A stretch of DNA of 64,000 nt from a virus. Location of the stretch: the IMG/VR virus record IMGVR_UViG_3300048858_000017, positions 630 to 64,629 of that record, one strand, 5' to 3'. Under the pieces are notes generated by a model that was given only the letters and a program-made list of their open reading frames with translations, searched no databases and had not been told where the DNA came from. Position numbers and translations under genes: made by a program. Position 1 is the stretch's first letter. Each line of letters opens with the position of its first letter. Positions 46,085-55,386 of the stretch are shown in pieces.

Positions 46085-47350
46085 TTACGCCTCCTCCTCG
46101 GCGGGTGCGGGATAGGCCTCGGTGTAGAGGTCGGCGAACTCGGTGCGGGCCTTCGACATCGCGTCGGCGCGGCCGATGTTGTCGCGCTTGGCGATCTCGG
46201 TGACCTTGCCGTCGAACGTCGAGCGCGCCTTCTGCAGGTCGCCCCCGGCCTGACCGCTGTCACCGCCCTCGGTCGTGCCGAGCGGCTTGAACAGGGCGGA
46301 CTGGCCCTTGTTCATGGTTTCGAGCGACTTCGTGATCGCCTTGCCGGCCTCGCTGTCGGCACCGACCTGATCGAGCGACTTGAGGAGGTCGGTGGCGACC
46401 GCCTTGGCGACGTTCGGATAGGCCGCGGCGCGCTTCTCGATCGAGGTGGCGGTGCCCTCCTCGCGGAGGCCCTTGATCACCTTGTCCTGCGCGTCGAGGC
46501 GCTTCGCCATCATCAGTGCCGCCGTACCGTCCGACTTGCGGATCAGGGTGCCGTCCTCGCAGGTATAGACGACGGGGTCGCCCTTCTCGATCGCGTCGAC
46601 TTCGGCCTGACGGCCTGCGGCGTCCTTGGCGATGAAGGCGGTCTGGCCGGCTTCGTCCAGGCTGTCGTAGTGCTTGCGGATGGCCGGGGCCATCTCGGCG
46701 ACGTCGAGGCGGCGCTTGAGGACCGGCAGTTCGGGATCGGCGGTCGTGACGGTGATCGCCAGCACGCCGGTCGCCGGCAGCACGCCGGTCTCGTTCAGCG
46801 CAACGGCGCTGTCCTTGATGTCGGCCACGTCCTGCGCGGTTGCCTTGGTCACGTCGAACTTCGTGATAGCCGCCTGCAGGGCGGCCTTGGTGATGAACTT
46901 GTGCATGGTCTGCTCCTGCTGGGTCGGCTGTTCGTTCAGCCACTTCGAGATGGCAGATTCGACCGCCGCCTCCAAGTCCGGTTCGGCGGTGCCGGCCGCT
47001 TCGCGTGCGGCCTCGGCCGCCAGCACCGCAATCTGCTGCATCGCTGTCGAGAACCCGGAAACGGCGTCCGTGCCGTCCCCACCCTCGGCGATCTCGTCGG
47101 TCAGGGCGGTGCGGAAGGCGTCACGCACGGCCCACTGGTTTTCAAAGGCGCGCCAGAACGTGTCGCTGATCTTCTCGCTGACCAGCTGGGCACGCAGCGC
47201 CTCATCGAACGTCTTCTTCGCGATGGCGGGAGGAACCGGCCCGGCGGGTGCCCGCTTCACGATCGCGACGACGGCGTGTTCCTGACAGGGCTTGTCGACC
47301 GCGGCGATCTTGTCGAGGCGGATCGAGGTCAGCTTCCGACGAACAGCCAT
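46085..47350 (-). CDS. Scaffold/prohead assembly protein
   Basis: IRLDKIAAVDKPCQ N-terminus; acidic helical body. Confidence 0.65.
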   Translation of the reverse strand: MAVRRKLTSIRLDKIAAVDKPCQEHAVVAIVKRAPAGPVPPAIAKKTFDEALRAQLVSEKISDTFWRAFENQWAVRDAFRTALTDEIAEGGDGTDAVSGFSTAMQQIAVLAAEAAREAAGTAEPDLEAAVESAISKWLNEQPTQQEQTMHKFITKAALQAAITKFDVTKATAQDVADIKDSAVALNETGVLPATGVLAITVTTADPELPVLKRRLDVAEMAPAIRKHYDSLDEAGQTAFIAKDAAGRQAEVDAIEKGDPVVYTCEDGTLIRKSDGTAALMMAKRLDAQDKVIKGLREEGTATSIEKRAAAYPNVAKAVATDLLKSLDQVGADSEAGKAITKSLETMNKGQSALFKPLGTTEGGDSGQAGGDLQKARSTFDGKVTEIAKRDNIGRADAMSKARTEFADLYTEAYPAPAEEEA

Positions 47351-47820
47351 CAGACTTCCTCCTCCTCAAAGGCGACCCGGCCGCCGGTCATCGAGAACCC
47401 GGTGTAGGTGCCGTCTTGAAACTTCTTCAGCACCTCGGGGTCGGGGCGATAACCGACCAGGAGGCCCAGCTTGGGGGCGTCGACGCCGAGCGCCTTGGCG
47501 ATGTCCTCGGTCAGCGGGAACATGAACGGGTAGGTGCCGGTGTCGGGACCGTCATGCATCTCGTCGCCGACGAGGTGGGTGCCCGGCTCGGTTGCGTCGA
47601 CCACGGCTTTCAGGATGGCGTCGTCAGTGATCGCCTCCGGCACGCGCTTGCCCTTGTGGACTCCATCGGTGTCGATGTTCAGGTCGTAATAGTCCTCGTA
47701 GGCGCCCTCGGCGTTCCGCACCTTGGACACGATCGCGAATCCGAAGACGATCCCGTGCGCGGCGTCGACCTGTACGTCGTCCTGCACCTTCATGATCTTG
47801 GGGGTGGTCTGTGTCGACAC
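47350..47820 (-). CDS. XkdF-like putative prohead protease
   Basis: GIVFGFAIV...GDEMH...GFSMTG. Confidence 0.75.
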   Translation of the reverse strand: MSTQTTPKIMKVQDDVQVDAAHGIVFGFAIVSKVRNAEGAYEDYYDLNIDTDGVHKGKRVPEAITDDAILKAVVDATEPGTHLVGDEMHDGPDTGTYPFMFPLTEDIAKALGVDAPKLGLLVGYRPDPEVLKKFQDGTYTGFSMTGGRVAFEEEEV

Positions 47821-47941
47821 GGCTGCTCCTGTGCCCCGGGGGGCTTTGGCGCTTCCGAGGTGGGGCAGGCCTGCGCCTTGCCGGCGTCAATCCCTGATGC
47901 CGTCTCTTATCGCGACTCGCCCCGCGTGCATAGTGGCGGCG

Positions 47942-48910
47942 TCAGGCCTGCTTGATCCGCGTCGTCAAGGCGCAACGGCACTGGATCGTCTCGCTGGCGG
48001 GAGCGTCCGGGTCGCCCGGGTAGGCGATCACGCCGTTCTCGGTGATCCAGTTCTCGCCCCATCCCCGCTTCTGGTTGTTCAGCAGGAGGTGGGTCTTGCG
48101 CTCGCGACCATCGAGGCGGGTGACCCACTTCCGCTCGATCCGATCGGCGTCGAGCGTGCCGTCCTCGATCGCCTGACGATAGGCCTCCTCGTTCCCCTGA
48201 TGGACCGCGCGCAACGCCTCGGTGCGCCCGATCACCTCGGCCCGGTGCTTCACGTAACGGGCGGTGTAGCGCTCGACGAGCCAGTCGATCTTTTCCGGCT
48301 TGAGCGCGGTGGCGTCCCGGGCGGCGCGCCTGACCTGTGAGTCGCCGCGGCCATCGCGCAGCGCCCGGCCGACCGCGTCCGAGGCGGCGGCGGGATCGAC
48401 GTGGACCCGTTCGAGGCTGGCGCGATAGTTCGCTACCGCCTGCCACTGCCGCTCGGTCAGGCCGATGCTGTCGCGGAAGTTGCGCGCCTGTGCCCGCGGG
48501 TTGATCCCGGCCTCAACGCCGCTGATCAGCGCGGCCGAGGTGGCGCGCCGCTGCTCGTTGGTGAACTCGCGGATGATGGACAGGTTGTTCCGCTGCATCG
48601 CGGCCACCGCGCCGTAATTGACTTGGCTGAACACGATCCTGCCGACGTTCGCCCCGGTCAGGAAGTCGGCGGTGGACTGGCCGGAGGTGACGAAGGCGAC
48701 GTTGCTGGCGGCCCCTAGCGCGTCAGCTGCGTGCTGCAGGCGGTCGAGCGCGTCGGCGATCCGGCCCTGCGCGATTAGGTCCGAGAGTTCGTCCAGGTCG
48801 ATCTCGTCCTTGAGCGCTTCGACCGCGGTGCGAAAGATCGTGGCGATTCGCACCTCCTGCTGGTCGAGCAGGTCATTCAGGCGCTGCGCCGGGTCGTTGA
48901 TATCCGCCAC
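47942..48910 (-). CDS. Head morphogenesis protein (Mu gpF-like)
   Basis: RAEVIGRTE; KWVTRLDGRERKTH; YPGDP...IQCRC. Confidence 0.88.
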   Translation of the reverse strand: MADINDPAQRLNDLLDQQEVRIATIFRTAVEALKDEIDLDELSDLIAQGRIADALDRLQHAADALGAASNVAFVTSGQSTADFLTGANVGRIVFSQVNYGAVAAMQRNNLSIIREFTNEQRRATSAALISGVEAGINPRAQARNFRDSIGLTERQWQAVANYRASLERVHVDPAAASDAVGRALRDGRGDSQVRRAARDATALKPEKIDWLVERYTARYVKHRAEVIGRTEALRAVHQGNEEAYRQAIEDGTLDADRIERKWVTRLDGRERKTHLLLNNQKRGWGENWITENGVIAYPGDPDAPASETIQCRCALTTRIKQA

Positions 48911-48912
48911 GT

Positions 48913-49323
48913 CTATTCCTTGTCGGGGCCTTTGCGGTCGCGGCAGAGGTAGCTGTAGACCGCCGCGGCCGGGTCGCGCGAGAGGGGCTGGACGCAATAC
49001 AGCGTGATCGGGCCGTCCTCTTCATGGACGGTGCAGGCATCGTTCCGCATCGGGAAGCCGCCAACGGGCACGGTGTCGCCGATCAGCACCAGCCTGCGGT
49101 CGGTGACCTCCAGTACCGTCCCGGCCGGAACCGATGCCGGATTGATATCGTCCCAGAACCCGACGCAGTCGAAGCTGGCTGGTGCCGACGCCCGCCCTCC
49201 CGTCAGATTGCCCGGCGTTCTGGCACCGCGGACGTCGCGGACGATCGTCACCGGAAGGAGACCGTCTCCCATGGCGTCGGCGATGATCCCGGCGATATCG
49301 ACGCCGAACAGGGTGTTGCCCAT
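48913..49323 (-). CDS. Probable head-closure protein
   Basis: Size and motif resemble head-tail joining proteins. Confidence 0.55.
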   Translation of the reverse strand: MGNTLFGVDIAGIIADAMGDGLLPVTIVRDVRGARTPGNLTGGRASAPASFDCVGFWDDINPASVPAGTVLEVTDRRLVLIGDTVPVGGFPMRNDACTVHEEDGPITLYCVQPLSRDPAAAVYSYLCRDRKGPDKE

Positions 49324-49865
49324 TAGTCCCGGTCCTCGGCCAGCCAGCCCTCGCGGCAATAGTCCGCATAGCGCCCGTCGAGCGGCCGGCAGTCTCCGCT
49401 GATGCCGCTGACATACGCCCCGGCCGACCCGCCGTCATCGTCAGCGCCGGTGCAGACCAGCCCGGCCCCGAGCAGCTTGCGCCACAGCGCCATCGGGATC
49501 AGGGGACCGCCGTCAACCGGGGCGAAGAACTCGACCTGCGCCGATCCGGCCTTCGCGATCTTGACGTTGCTGCTTCCGCTGGCGTCGGCGAACAGGCGCG
49601 GCTTCGCCAGCAGGTCGGCCGCCAGCATGGCAGCGACCTCCTCAACCGCCGCCGGCAGTTCATCAGCCGCGGGATCGGGGACCTTGCCCTCACACCACGG
49701 CAGGTCGAGCATCAGCCGGGTCGCCGACACGATGCCGCGGCCCTTTGCGTCGGGCTGCCGCAGCGCCCAGCCGGCCGAACGAGCAACATCGCCGGCGAGA
49801 TAGATATCGGCGTTCTCCACCGTGGTCAGCGCGTCGAACTCGCGCTCCCCGATCGTCACCTTCAT
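49323..49865 (-). CDS. Head-tail adaptor (DnaT-like family)
   Basis: TVENADIYL...ATRLM...KAGSAQVEF. Confidence 0.65.
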   Translation of the reverse strand: MKVTIGEREFDALTTVENADIYLAGDVARSAGWALRQPDAKGRGIVSATRLMLDLPWCEGKVPDPAADELPAAVEEVAAMLAADLLAKPRLFADASGSSNVKIAKAGSAQVEFFAPVDGGPLIPMALWRKLLGAGLVCTGADDDGGSAGAYVSGISGDCRPLDGRYADYCREGWLAEDRD

Positions 49866-51418
49866 CGACGTGCCCTCCGCTTGGCGATCTTCGCCATGTT
49901 CCGCCGCGACCGCAGCACCTTGGCGACCTGCCTCACATCGGCATTGCCCTCGACGCTGCCGGCGGGGTCCGGCTTGTTGCCGGGCTGGTTGCGGTCGGGG
50001 TTCAGAGACAGGTCCATGTCGTCCTGCCGCTCCGGCGGCCGGGTCAGGCCGAGCAGGTCATACACCTCCCCGACGGCGGGATCGTCGGGCATCATCGGCG
50101 CGCCGGCGGTCGCGAGGTCCCTGAGCGCGGTCAGGACCTGCTCGATGTCGCGGTCGCTGATTTCGTTGACGCCCATCTCGGGCCGGAGGTGGTCGGGCCA
50201 CCCGTTCAGATCGGCGATCGGGGCGATGACATCGCGGTCGAGGACCTCGACCAGATCGAGCAGGGTGGAGGTGACCGTCAGGTAGAACGTCCCGACCTTC
50301 GACCGCGCCAGCGCAAGCGACCCGGCCCCATCGGCGCCCAGCAGCAGATGCTCGACGCCGAGGACGCGGGCGAGTTCTTGGTTCATGCGGTTCACCGCGT
50401 TCGCCATCGAGTCGAAGCTGGTCGACTCCCCGTTCAGCAGCTCCAGCGCCCACTTCGGGGTCGACGACACGGTGGTGCCCTTGTCGGAGGTCGTGCCGCT
50501 GAACGTGTCCGAGGGCAGCATCAGCCCGGTTTTCTTGTTGCGGACGTGCTTGTCGATGAAGTCGCGCAGGGGCCGCAGCATTGCACCGCGACGGGCCTCA
50601 GCCTTCTTGCGCTCCTCCGACCCGGCAACGCCGGCGTCCTCGACCTCCTTCTTCATTTCGCCCAGGGGAGCCCGCGCGACCGGGATGCCGCGCAGGTCGG
50701 TCGTGAACCCGACCTCCTCCAACTCGAGGAAAAGGCGCAGGCGGTCGGCGGTCTCGGCGAGGTGGCGATAGAGACCCATGCCCTCCGGGCTGTCGGTCAG
50801 GGTGTCGTCGACCGCATAGACGATCTTGGCCCGGGGCAGGGTGGCGTCCTGCAGGCCGGGGATGCGCTGCATGACGGCGATCACGGTGCCCGACGGATCA
50901 CGAAGCCAGCGTGCGATTGAGCGCTGGGGCCGATGCTCGATATCGAGCAGCCCGATCGCGCCGTCCTCCCGCTTCTTCGCGGTCCACTCCATGATCGAGA
51001 AGCCCTGCATCCGGTACATGGCGATCTTGCGGATCACCGACGACCACGGCGTCGTCATGTCGAAGAGCATGTCGTAGACCTGGTCGGCATAGGCCTGCGC
51101 GATCGGCTCCTCGTTTCCGTTCAGGCCCTCGGGCGGGTTCACCGTCCAGACGGCGTTCGCGATCAGGTTCAGGAAGAGGCGGACGCCGGCGGCGATGATC
51201 GAGGTGTCGCGCACCATGCGGTCGAACTCGTCGAATCGCGCCTGCCCGATCAGGTTCAGCTTCCGCTCCGGCGCGCCTGCGCTGTAGCCCTGCAGGTCGG
51301 ACGCGCTGCTGACGCTGGACCCGATGGTCTGCGTCGAGCCGTCGGCCTTTTCGATGACGTCGTCTTCCTCGCCGAGGATGGCGTCGCCTACGCGCGCCCA
51401 GAAGGTCTTGTCGGCCAA
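49862..51418 (-). CDS. Portal protein (DUF935-like)
   Basis: 518 aa after terL; YRMQGFSIMEW; GMGLYR. Confidence 0.85.
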   Translation of the reverse strand: MADKTFWARVGDAILGEEDDVIEKADGSTQTIGSSVSSASDLQGYSAGAPERKLNLIGQARFDEFDRMVRDTSIIAAGVRLFLNLIANAVWTVNPPEGLNGNEEPIAQAYADQVYDMLFDMTTPWSSVIRKIAMYRMQGFSIMEWTAKKREDGAIGLLDIEHRPQRSIARWLRDPSGTVIAVMQRIPGLQDATLPRAKIVYAVDDTLTDSPEGMGLYRHLAETADRLRLFLELEEVGFTTDLRGIPVARAPLGEMKKEVEDAGVAGSEERKKAEARRGAMLRPLRDFIDKHVRNKKTGLMLPSDTFSGTTSDKGTTVSSTPKWALELLNGESTSFDSMANAVNRMNQELARVLGVEHLLLGADGAGSLALARSKVGTFYLTVTSTLLDLVEVLDRDVIAPIADLNGWPDHLRPEMGVNEISDRDIEQVLTALRDLATAGAPMMPDDPAVGEVYDLLGLTRPPERQDDMDLSLNPDRNQPGNKPDPAGSVEGNADVRQVAKVLRSRRNMAKIAKRRARR

Positions 51419-51482
51419 CGCCCGGCTCCCTGTGCTGATCGGGGCCTGTCATATCGCAGGGGCGTGAAGCGGTCGAGTGAGG

Positions 51483-51559
51483 TGGTTGCGGGTGCCGGAT
51501 TCGAACCGGCGACCTAGAGGTTATGAGCCGCTCGCGCTACCAGACTGCGCCAACCCGCA
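51483..51559 (-). tRNA. tRNA with CAT anticodon (fMet-like scaffold, atypical identity elements)
   Basis: 77-nt cloverleaf, T-loop TTCGAAT, encoded CCA, anticodon loop CTCATAA. Confidence 0.93.
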
Positions 51560-51679
51560 GGGCCTGAATGGCAAACGGCCCGCCCCCGGTCAAGGGGACG
51601 GGCCGTACGGCCGGGGGAAGCGGGCTCCCCGGTCTACTTCCACCGCGTGCGGGTTGCCCCGGGCGCGGCAGCTATCCGG

Positions 51680-51934
51680 TCAGGTATTGCGCGCGGACGA
51701 GTAGCGCGGGACGCCGGCTTCGTGTCGGAGGCCCTGCTGGACATCGCGGGCTAGCGCGGTGCCGTCGATCGCGAGCGGGGTGTCGAAGCCATCGGCGGCG
51801 AGGCGCATCGGTTCGGGGGTGAACAGAGCGAAGGCGTCCCGCATGAAACCGCCGGCGAGACGGGCGAACGCGAGAATGGGCATCGCGAACAGCGACAGGA
51901 CGGTGAGGACGAGGGCGAAGCGGGAACGGCGCAT
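51680..51934 (-). CDS. Small protein with hydrophobic N-terminus
   Basis: SD GGAG; possible promoter TTGCCA upstream at about 51967-51973. Confidence 0.6.
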   Translation of the reverse strand: MRRSRFALVLTVLSLFAMPILAFARLAGGFMRDAFALFTPEPMRLAADGFDTPLAIDGTALARDVQQGLRHEAGVPRYSSARNT

Positions 51935-51997
51935 GACGATCTCCTATGCAGCGTGGCGAGGTGCCGGTGGCAAACCTGCGTCAGCGCGCCGGCCCGG

Positions 51998-53659
51998 TCA
52001 AGACGCTCCCCAAGGGTCCTCCTCTAGCCCGGCGTCCGCCTGCATGTCGGACAGGCGCTGCTCGTCACTGCCCGGCTCGACGACCTCGGGGCCGGCGTTC
52101 ATCGGGGCATCGACGCCACCGACCAGTTCGCCGAAGGCGCGCGAGGAGGCGTCGACCTGGTCCTTGAACGACCCCGCCGGGAAGTTCCGCAGTTCCTCCC
52201 GGTAGGCAGCGTTCCAGTCGCCCCTGACGAGGAACACCTTGCCGGCCCCGACCATGGCGGCGAACGGCTCCGCGCGCGTCTCCTTGTCGCCGCTCTCCGG
52301 CGTGATCGAGAAGTTCAGCCCAGCCAGCAGGTCGGCCCACGTCCACTTCACCACCTTGCCGGTCGCGCCGGGGTCCTGCGGCAGGCTGTGCACCATCGAT
52401 GCCCGGCCATAGTCGGCGGCATCAGCGTGCGTGACCGAGTCGACCATCGCGTTCAGTTCGGTCGGGTTGGTGCGGCGACGATCGACGTGCAGGATGTAGA
52501 AGTTGCCGTTGACCCGCTTCATCAGCACCCGGACGGTGTAGGGGCTGTTCTTCCGCTTGGACCCGGCAATATCCCAGCCGCCGACGACCTTGCCACCGCC
52601 CGGGGCCGCCTCGACCGTCTCGATCAGGTCGACCTTGAACATGCCGCCCTCGCGCGGGGCCGGGCGCTGCTGGTACTGACCGGCCCAGACATAGTCGCCG
52701 GCCTTCTTCTGGCGCGCGATGGCCGTGGGCGGCATCCGCACCGGGTCCATCAGTTCGCCCTCGTAGGAGCGTGGATCGGTCCAGTCGCGCTTGCTGCCGG
52801 TGCCGTCGTCGACCTGCAGCGGCGTGACGCAACGGCGCTCCTCCTCGAACTCCATCGGGATGCAGAGGTGGACGAAGCCCAGATCGCGGGCGAGTAGCGC
52901 GCCGGTCAGATCGTCCTGGTGGATGCGCTGCATGACGATGACCATGGCCGAGGTCTCGGCATCGTTCGTGCGGTTCAGGCCGCCCTCGACGAACTTGCGG
53001 ACGGTGGCGGTGCGCTGCTCCTCGCTCTCGGCACCGTCGACGCTGTGCGGATCGTCGATAATCACGACGTCGCCGCGCTTACCCGTGATCGAGGCGAAGG
53101 CGACACCCTCGCGGAAGCCGAAGTCCTTGTTCTCGAAACTGGTCTCGCCGGCACGCTTCAGCTTGCCCTCGTCATCGAACACCTCGGGCCAGAGTTCGCG
53201 ATACCAGTCCGACTGGATCAGATCGCGGGTCTTGCGGGTGTCGCGGGTGACGTTCTTCAAATCGAAGGAGGACGACACGAACCGGCTGGCGGTGTTCCCG
53301 TGCGGCCCCCAGACCCATGCCTGCCACATCACCGAGACGATCATCGACTTCGACGACCCGGGGGGCACGTTGATGATCAGCCAGGGCGTCAGCTGCCCGC
53401 GGGTGATCGCCTCCAAGTGATCACACATCGCCTGCAGATGCCACGACCATTTGAGCGGGTTCTTCGGTTCGAGGACGTGCCACGCCTCCTTCACGAACCC
53501 GGCGAGCGTGCGGCAGCGGGCGCGGATCGCGTCGGCCTGTTCCCGGGTACGCTGCAGGTCGGACGCGGCGATATCGTTCCGAAGCTGGGCACGAAGCGCG
53601 CGCAGCGCCCCGCGGTCCAGCGTCGCGATATCCGGCAGTTCAGTCGTCAGCGCCGGCAT
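51998..53659 (-). CDS. terL: Terminase large subunit
   Basis: Walker A INVPPGSSKS, Walker B VVIIDDPH, nuclease GWDIA and DQVDA. Confidence 0.95.
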   Translation of the reverse strand: MPALTTELPDIATLDRGALRALRAQLRNDIAASDLQRTREQADAIRARCRTLAGFVKEAWHVLEPKNPLKWSWHLQAMCDHLEAITRGQLTPWLIINVPPGSSKSMIVSVMWQAWVWGPHGNTASRFVSSSFDLKNVTRDTRKTRDLIQSDWYRELWPEVFDDEGKLKRAGETSFENKDFGFREGVAFASITGKRGDVVIIDDPHSVDGAESEEQRTATVRKFVEGGLNRTNDAETSAMVIVMQRIHQDDLTGALLARDLGFVHLCIPMEFEEERRCVTPLQVDDGTGSKRDWTDPRSYEGELMDPVRMPPTAIARQKKAGDYVWAGQYQQRPAPREGGMFKVDLIETVEAAPGGGKVVGGWDIAGSKRKNSPYTVRVLMKRVNGNFYILHVDRRRTNPTELNAMVDSVTHADAADYGRASMVHSLPQDPGATGKVVKWTWADLLAGLNFSITPESGDKETRAEPFAAMVGAGKVFLVRGDWNAAYREELRNFPAGSFKDQVDASSRAFGELVGGVDAPMNAGPEVVEPGSDEQRLSDMQADAGLEEDPWGAS

Positions 53660-54209
53660 CGTCCTCGCCGCTTTCGATCAGCTGGTCGAGGACGGGCAGC
53701 AGCGCCCGCTTCTCGTCCTCCGACAGCTTGGACAGGTCGAAGCTGGCGTGCCGGATCGGGCCGCCGTCCTTGCCGGTCATCTCGACCTTGGTCGTCCAGC
53801 CGCCGAGCCGGGCGAGGATGAACTTCTGGGCGTCGAGGTCGCCCTTCGCCAGCGGCTTGCCGTCAGGGCCGGCGGCCTCCGCGTTCATCGCCCGGTTGAC
53901 GACCTGCGCGCCGACGGCGGCCAGCATCTCGGCGCGGCCGAGGTCCATCTCCTCGCGGAGGTGGCGCTGCAGGGTGCGGGTGCTGACGCCGATCAGGCGC
54001 GCGATCATGTGTTCGGCGTGGGGCGGGAAGACCTTGGCGTATTCCCTGACCTTCTTCCGTTGCTCGTCGGTGGCCTCGAACGGCGGGTTGCCGATCCGGC
54101 CCCCGTGGGGGGGCGTGATGACGCCGGCCCCCTTGGGGGTCCCCCGGGCGTCATCGTCCCGGGTTTTGGCGTTCGGCGCTGTGGCGGTCTGTTGGGGCTC
54201 TTCCGGCAT
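53640..54209 (-). CDS. terS: Terminase small subunit
   Basis: HTH IARLIGVSTRTL; FILARLGGW; KVEMTGKDGGPI; precedes terL. Confidence 0.85.
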   Translation of the reverse strand: MPEEPQQTATAPNAKTRDDDARGTPKGAGVITPPHGGRIGNPPFEATDEQRKKVREYAKVFPPHAEHMIARLIGVSTRTLQRHLREEMDLGRAEMLAAVGAQVVNRAMNAEAAGPDGKPLAKGDLDAQKFILARLGGWTTKVEMTGKDGGPIRHASFDLSKLSEDEKRALLPVLDQLIESGEDDAGADD

Positions 54210-54273
54210 CCCACCATAATAGGGGGCCGCCAGAGGGCGGTCGAGTCCTGTGGCGGCCCTGTGGCAATCCGAC

Positions 54274-54711
54274 TTATGCGCGAAGCGCTTCGGTCGCCTC
54301 GGCAAGGACGGCGGGGGTCGGCGTCCAGAACAGCGGCGCGACAGTGCCGGCGCACGCGATGAAGGGGATCGGCCGGGGATTGCGGAGGACGAGGCCGCAG
54401 GGACCCATCCACCATGGACTGTCGCTTTCGCGCACGGCGTCGACGATCTCGACAGCACCGACGATACCGCCGCGCTGCATCTCCTCGAACGACGGGAACG
54501 GCACGTAGCGAGCATCGGTCTTGCCGACCGCCATCGTGATGAACGAGTGGGCGTGCCGATACTCTTCCTGCGTCAGCCCGGCCGAAGCGTGGATCAGCGT
54601 CAGACCGCGGTGACCGAGTCGGCGCGTCCGGTTCTCGATGTCCTTGCCGAGGTGGGTGATCGCGAACGCCCATGGCTGGCGGACGGAGAGGGCGAGGAGA
54701 GGCGCGGTCAT
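54274..54711 (-). CDS. ASCH-domain protein
   Basis: ALSVRQPWA...GKDIENR...LIHAS signature. Confidence 0.9.
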   Translation of the reverse strand: MTAPLLALSVRQPWAFAITHLGKDIENRTRRLGHRGLTLIHASAGLTQEEYRHAHSFITMAVGKTDARYVPFPSFEEMQRGGIVGAVEIVDAVRESDSPWWMGPCGLVLRNPRPIPFIACAGTVAPLFWTPTPAVLAEATEALRA

Positions 54712-54720
54712 GTCGCGGCC

Positions 54721-55386
54721 CTACTCCCCGCCCCGGGAGGTGACAATCTTGAACCGTTCCGCGATCCGGTCGGCCCCGGCCGTCAGCTGTGGCAGATCGG
54801 GACGGTCGGCCGGTGGGCGATCCCACGATGGCTCCCATGTGGCGCAGGCCTCGTCCTGCGGCACCCGGACCAGCCGGCCCGCGTCCAGGTCGGCGAGCGC
54901 GGCGACGAGGAGGCGGACCCCCATCGGGAACAGGCTGTCGCGCCAGAGGTCCGAGGCCGTGGTGCCCGGCCGAACATGCAACCAGTCGGCCGCCGCGATC
55001 GGGCCGCCGTCAACGCGCGGGCCGAGCCAGTAGATCGAGCCGCCGGCGATCGGGTCGCCCATGTGCACGGTCCACTTCACCGCGTCCCGGCCCCTGTGAC
55101 GGGGCAGCAGGGACGGGTGGTAGCCGATGCCCCCTAGCAGGGTGCGCGACAGGGCGCGGTCGCTGACGATGACGTGGGCGTGGGCGCAGACGATCAGGTC
55201 CAGCCCCTCGGGCAGATCATCGGCTGTCAGGCGGGCGGCGCTGGTCGGGATATCGAGGCGGCGGGCCTCCCAGTCGAGGCGGTCGCCGAGCGGGGCGAAC
55301 ACCGCGACCACATCGTGCCCGGCCTCCACGATCGCGCGCAGCGCCGCGGCCCCGAAACTCCGCTGCCCCACCAGTGCAATCCTCAT
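54721..55386 (-). CDS. 10-formyl-THF-dependent formyltransferase-fold protein (ALDH1L1 N-domain-like)
   Basis: RIALVGQ...GHDVVAVF; YHPSLLPRHRG; VDGGPI; LFPMG; ATGA-coupled to the GNAT gene. Confidence 0.9.
   Translation of the reverse strand: MRIALVGQRSFGAAALRAIVEAGHDVVAVFAPLGDRLDWEARRLDIPTSAARLTADDLPEGLDLIVCAHAHVIVSDRALSRTLLGGIGYHPSLLPRHRGRDAVKWTVHMGDPIAGGSIYWLGPRVDGGPIAAADWLHVRPGTTASDLWRDSLFPMGVRLLVAALADLDAGRLVRVPQDEACATWEPSWDRPPADRPDLPQLTAGADRIAERFKIVTSRGGE

Noticed and set aside
54721-55386. Calling the gene fmt (Met-tRNA formyltransferase)
   Set aside because: Lacks the Fmt C-terminal domain and the N-x-H motif, so no gene symbol was given
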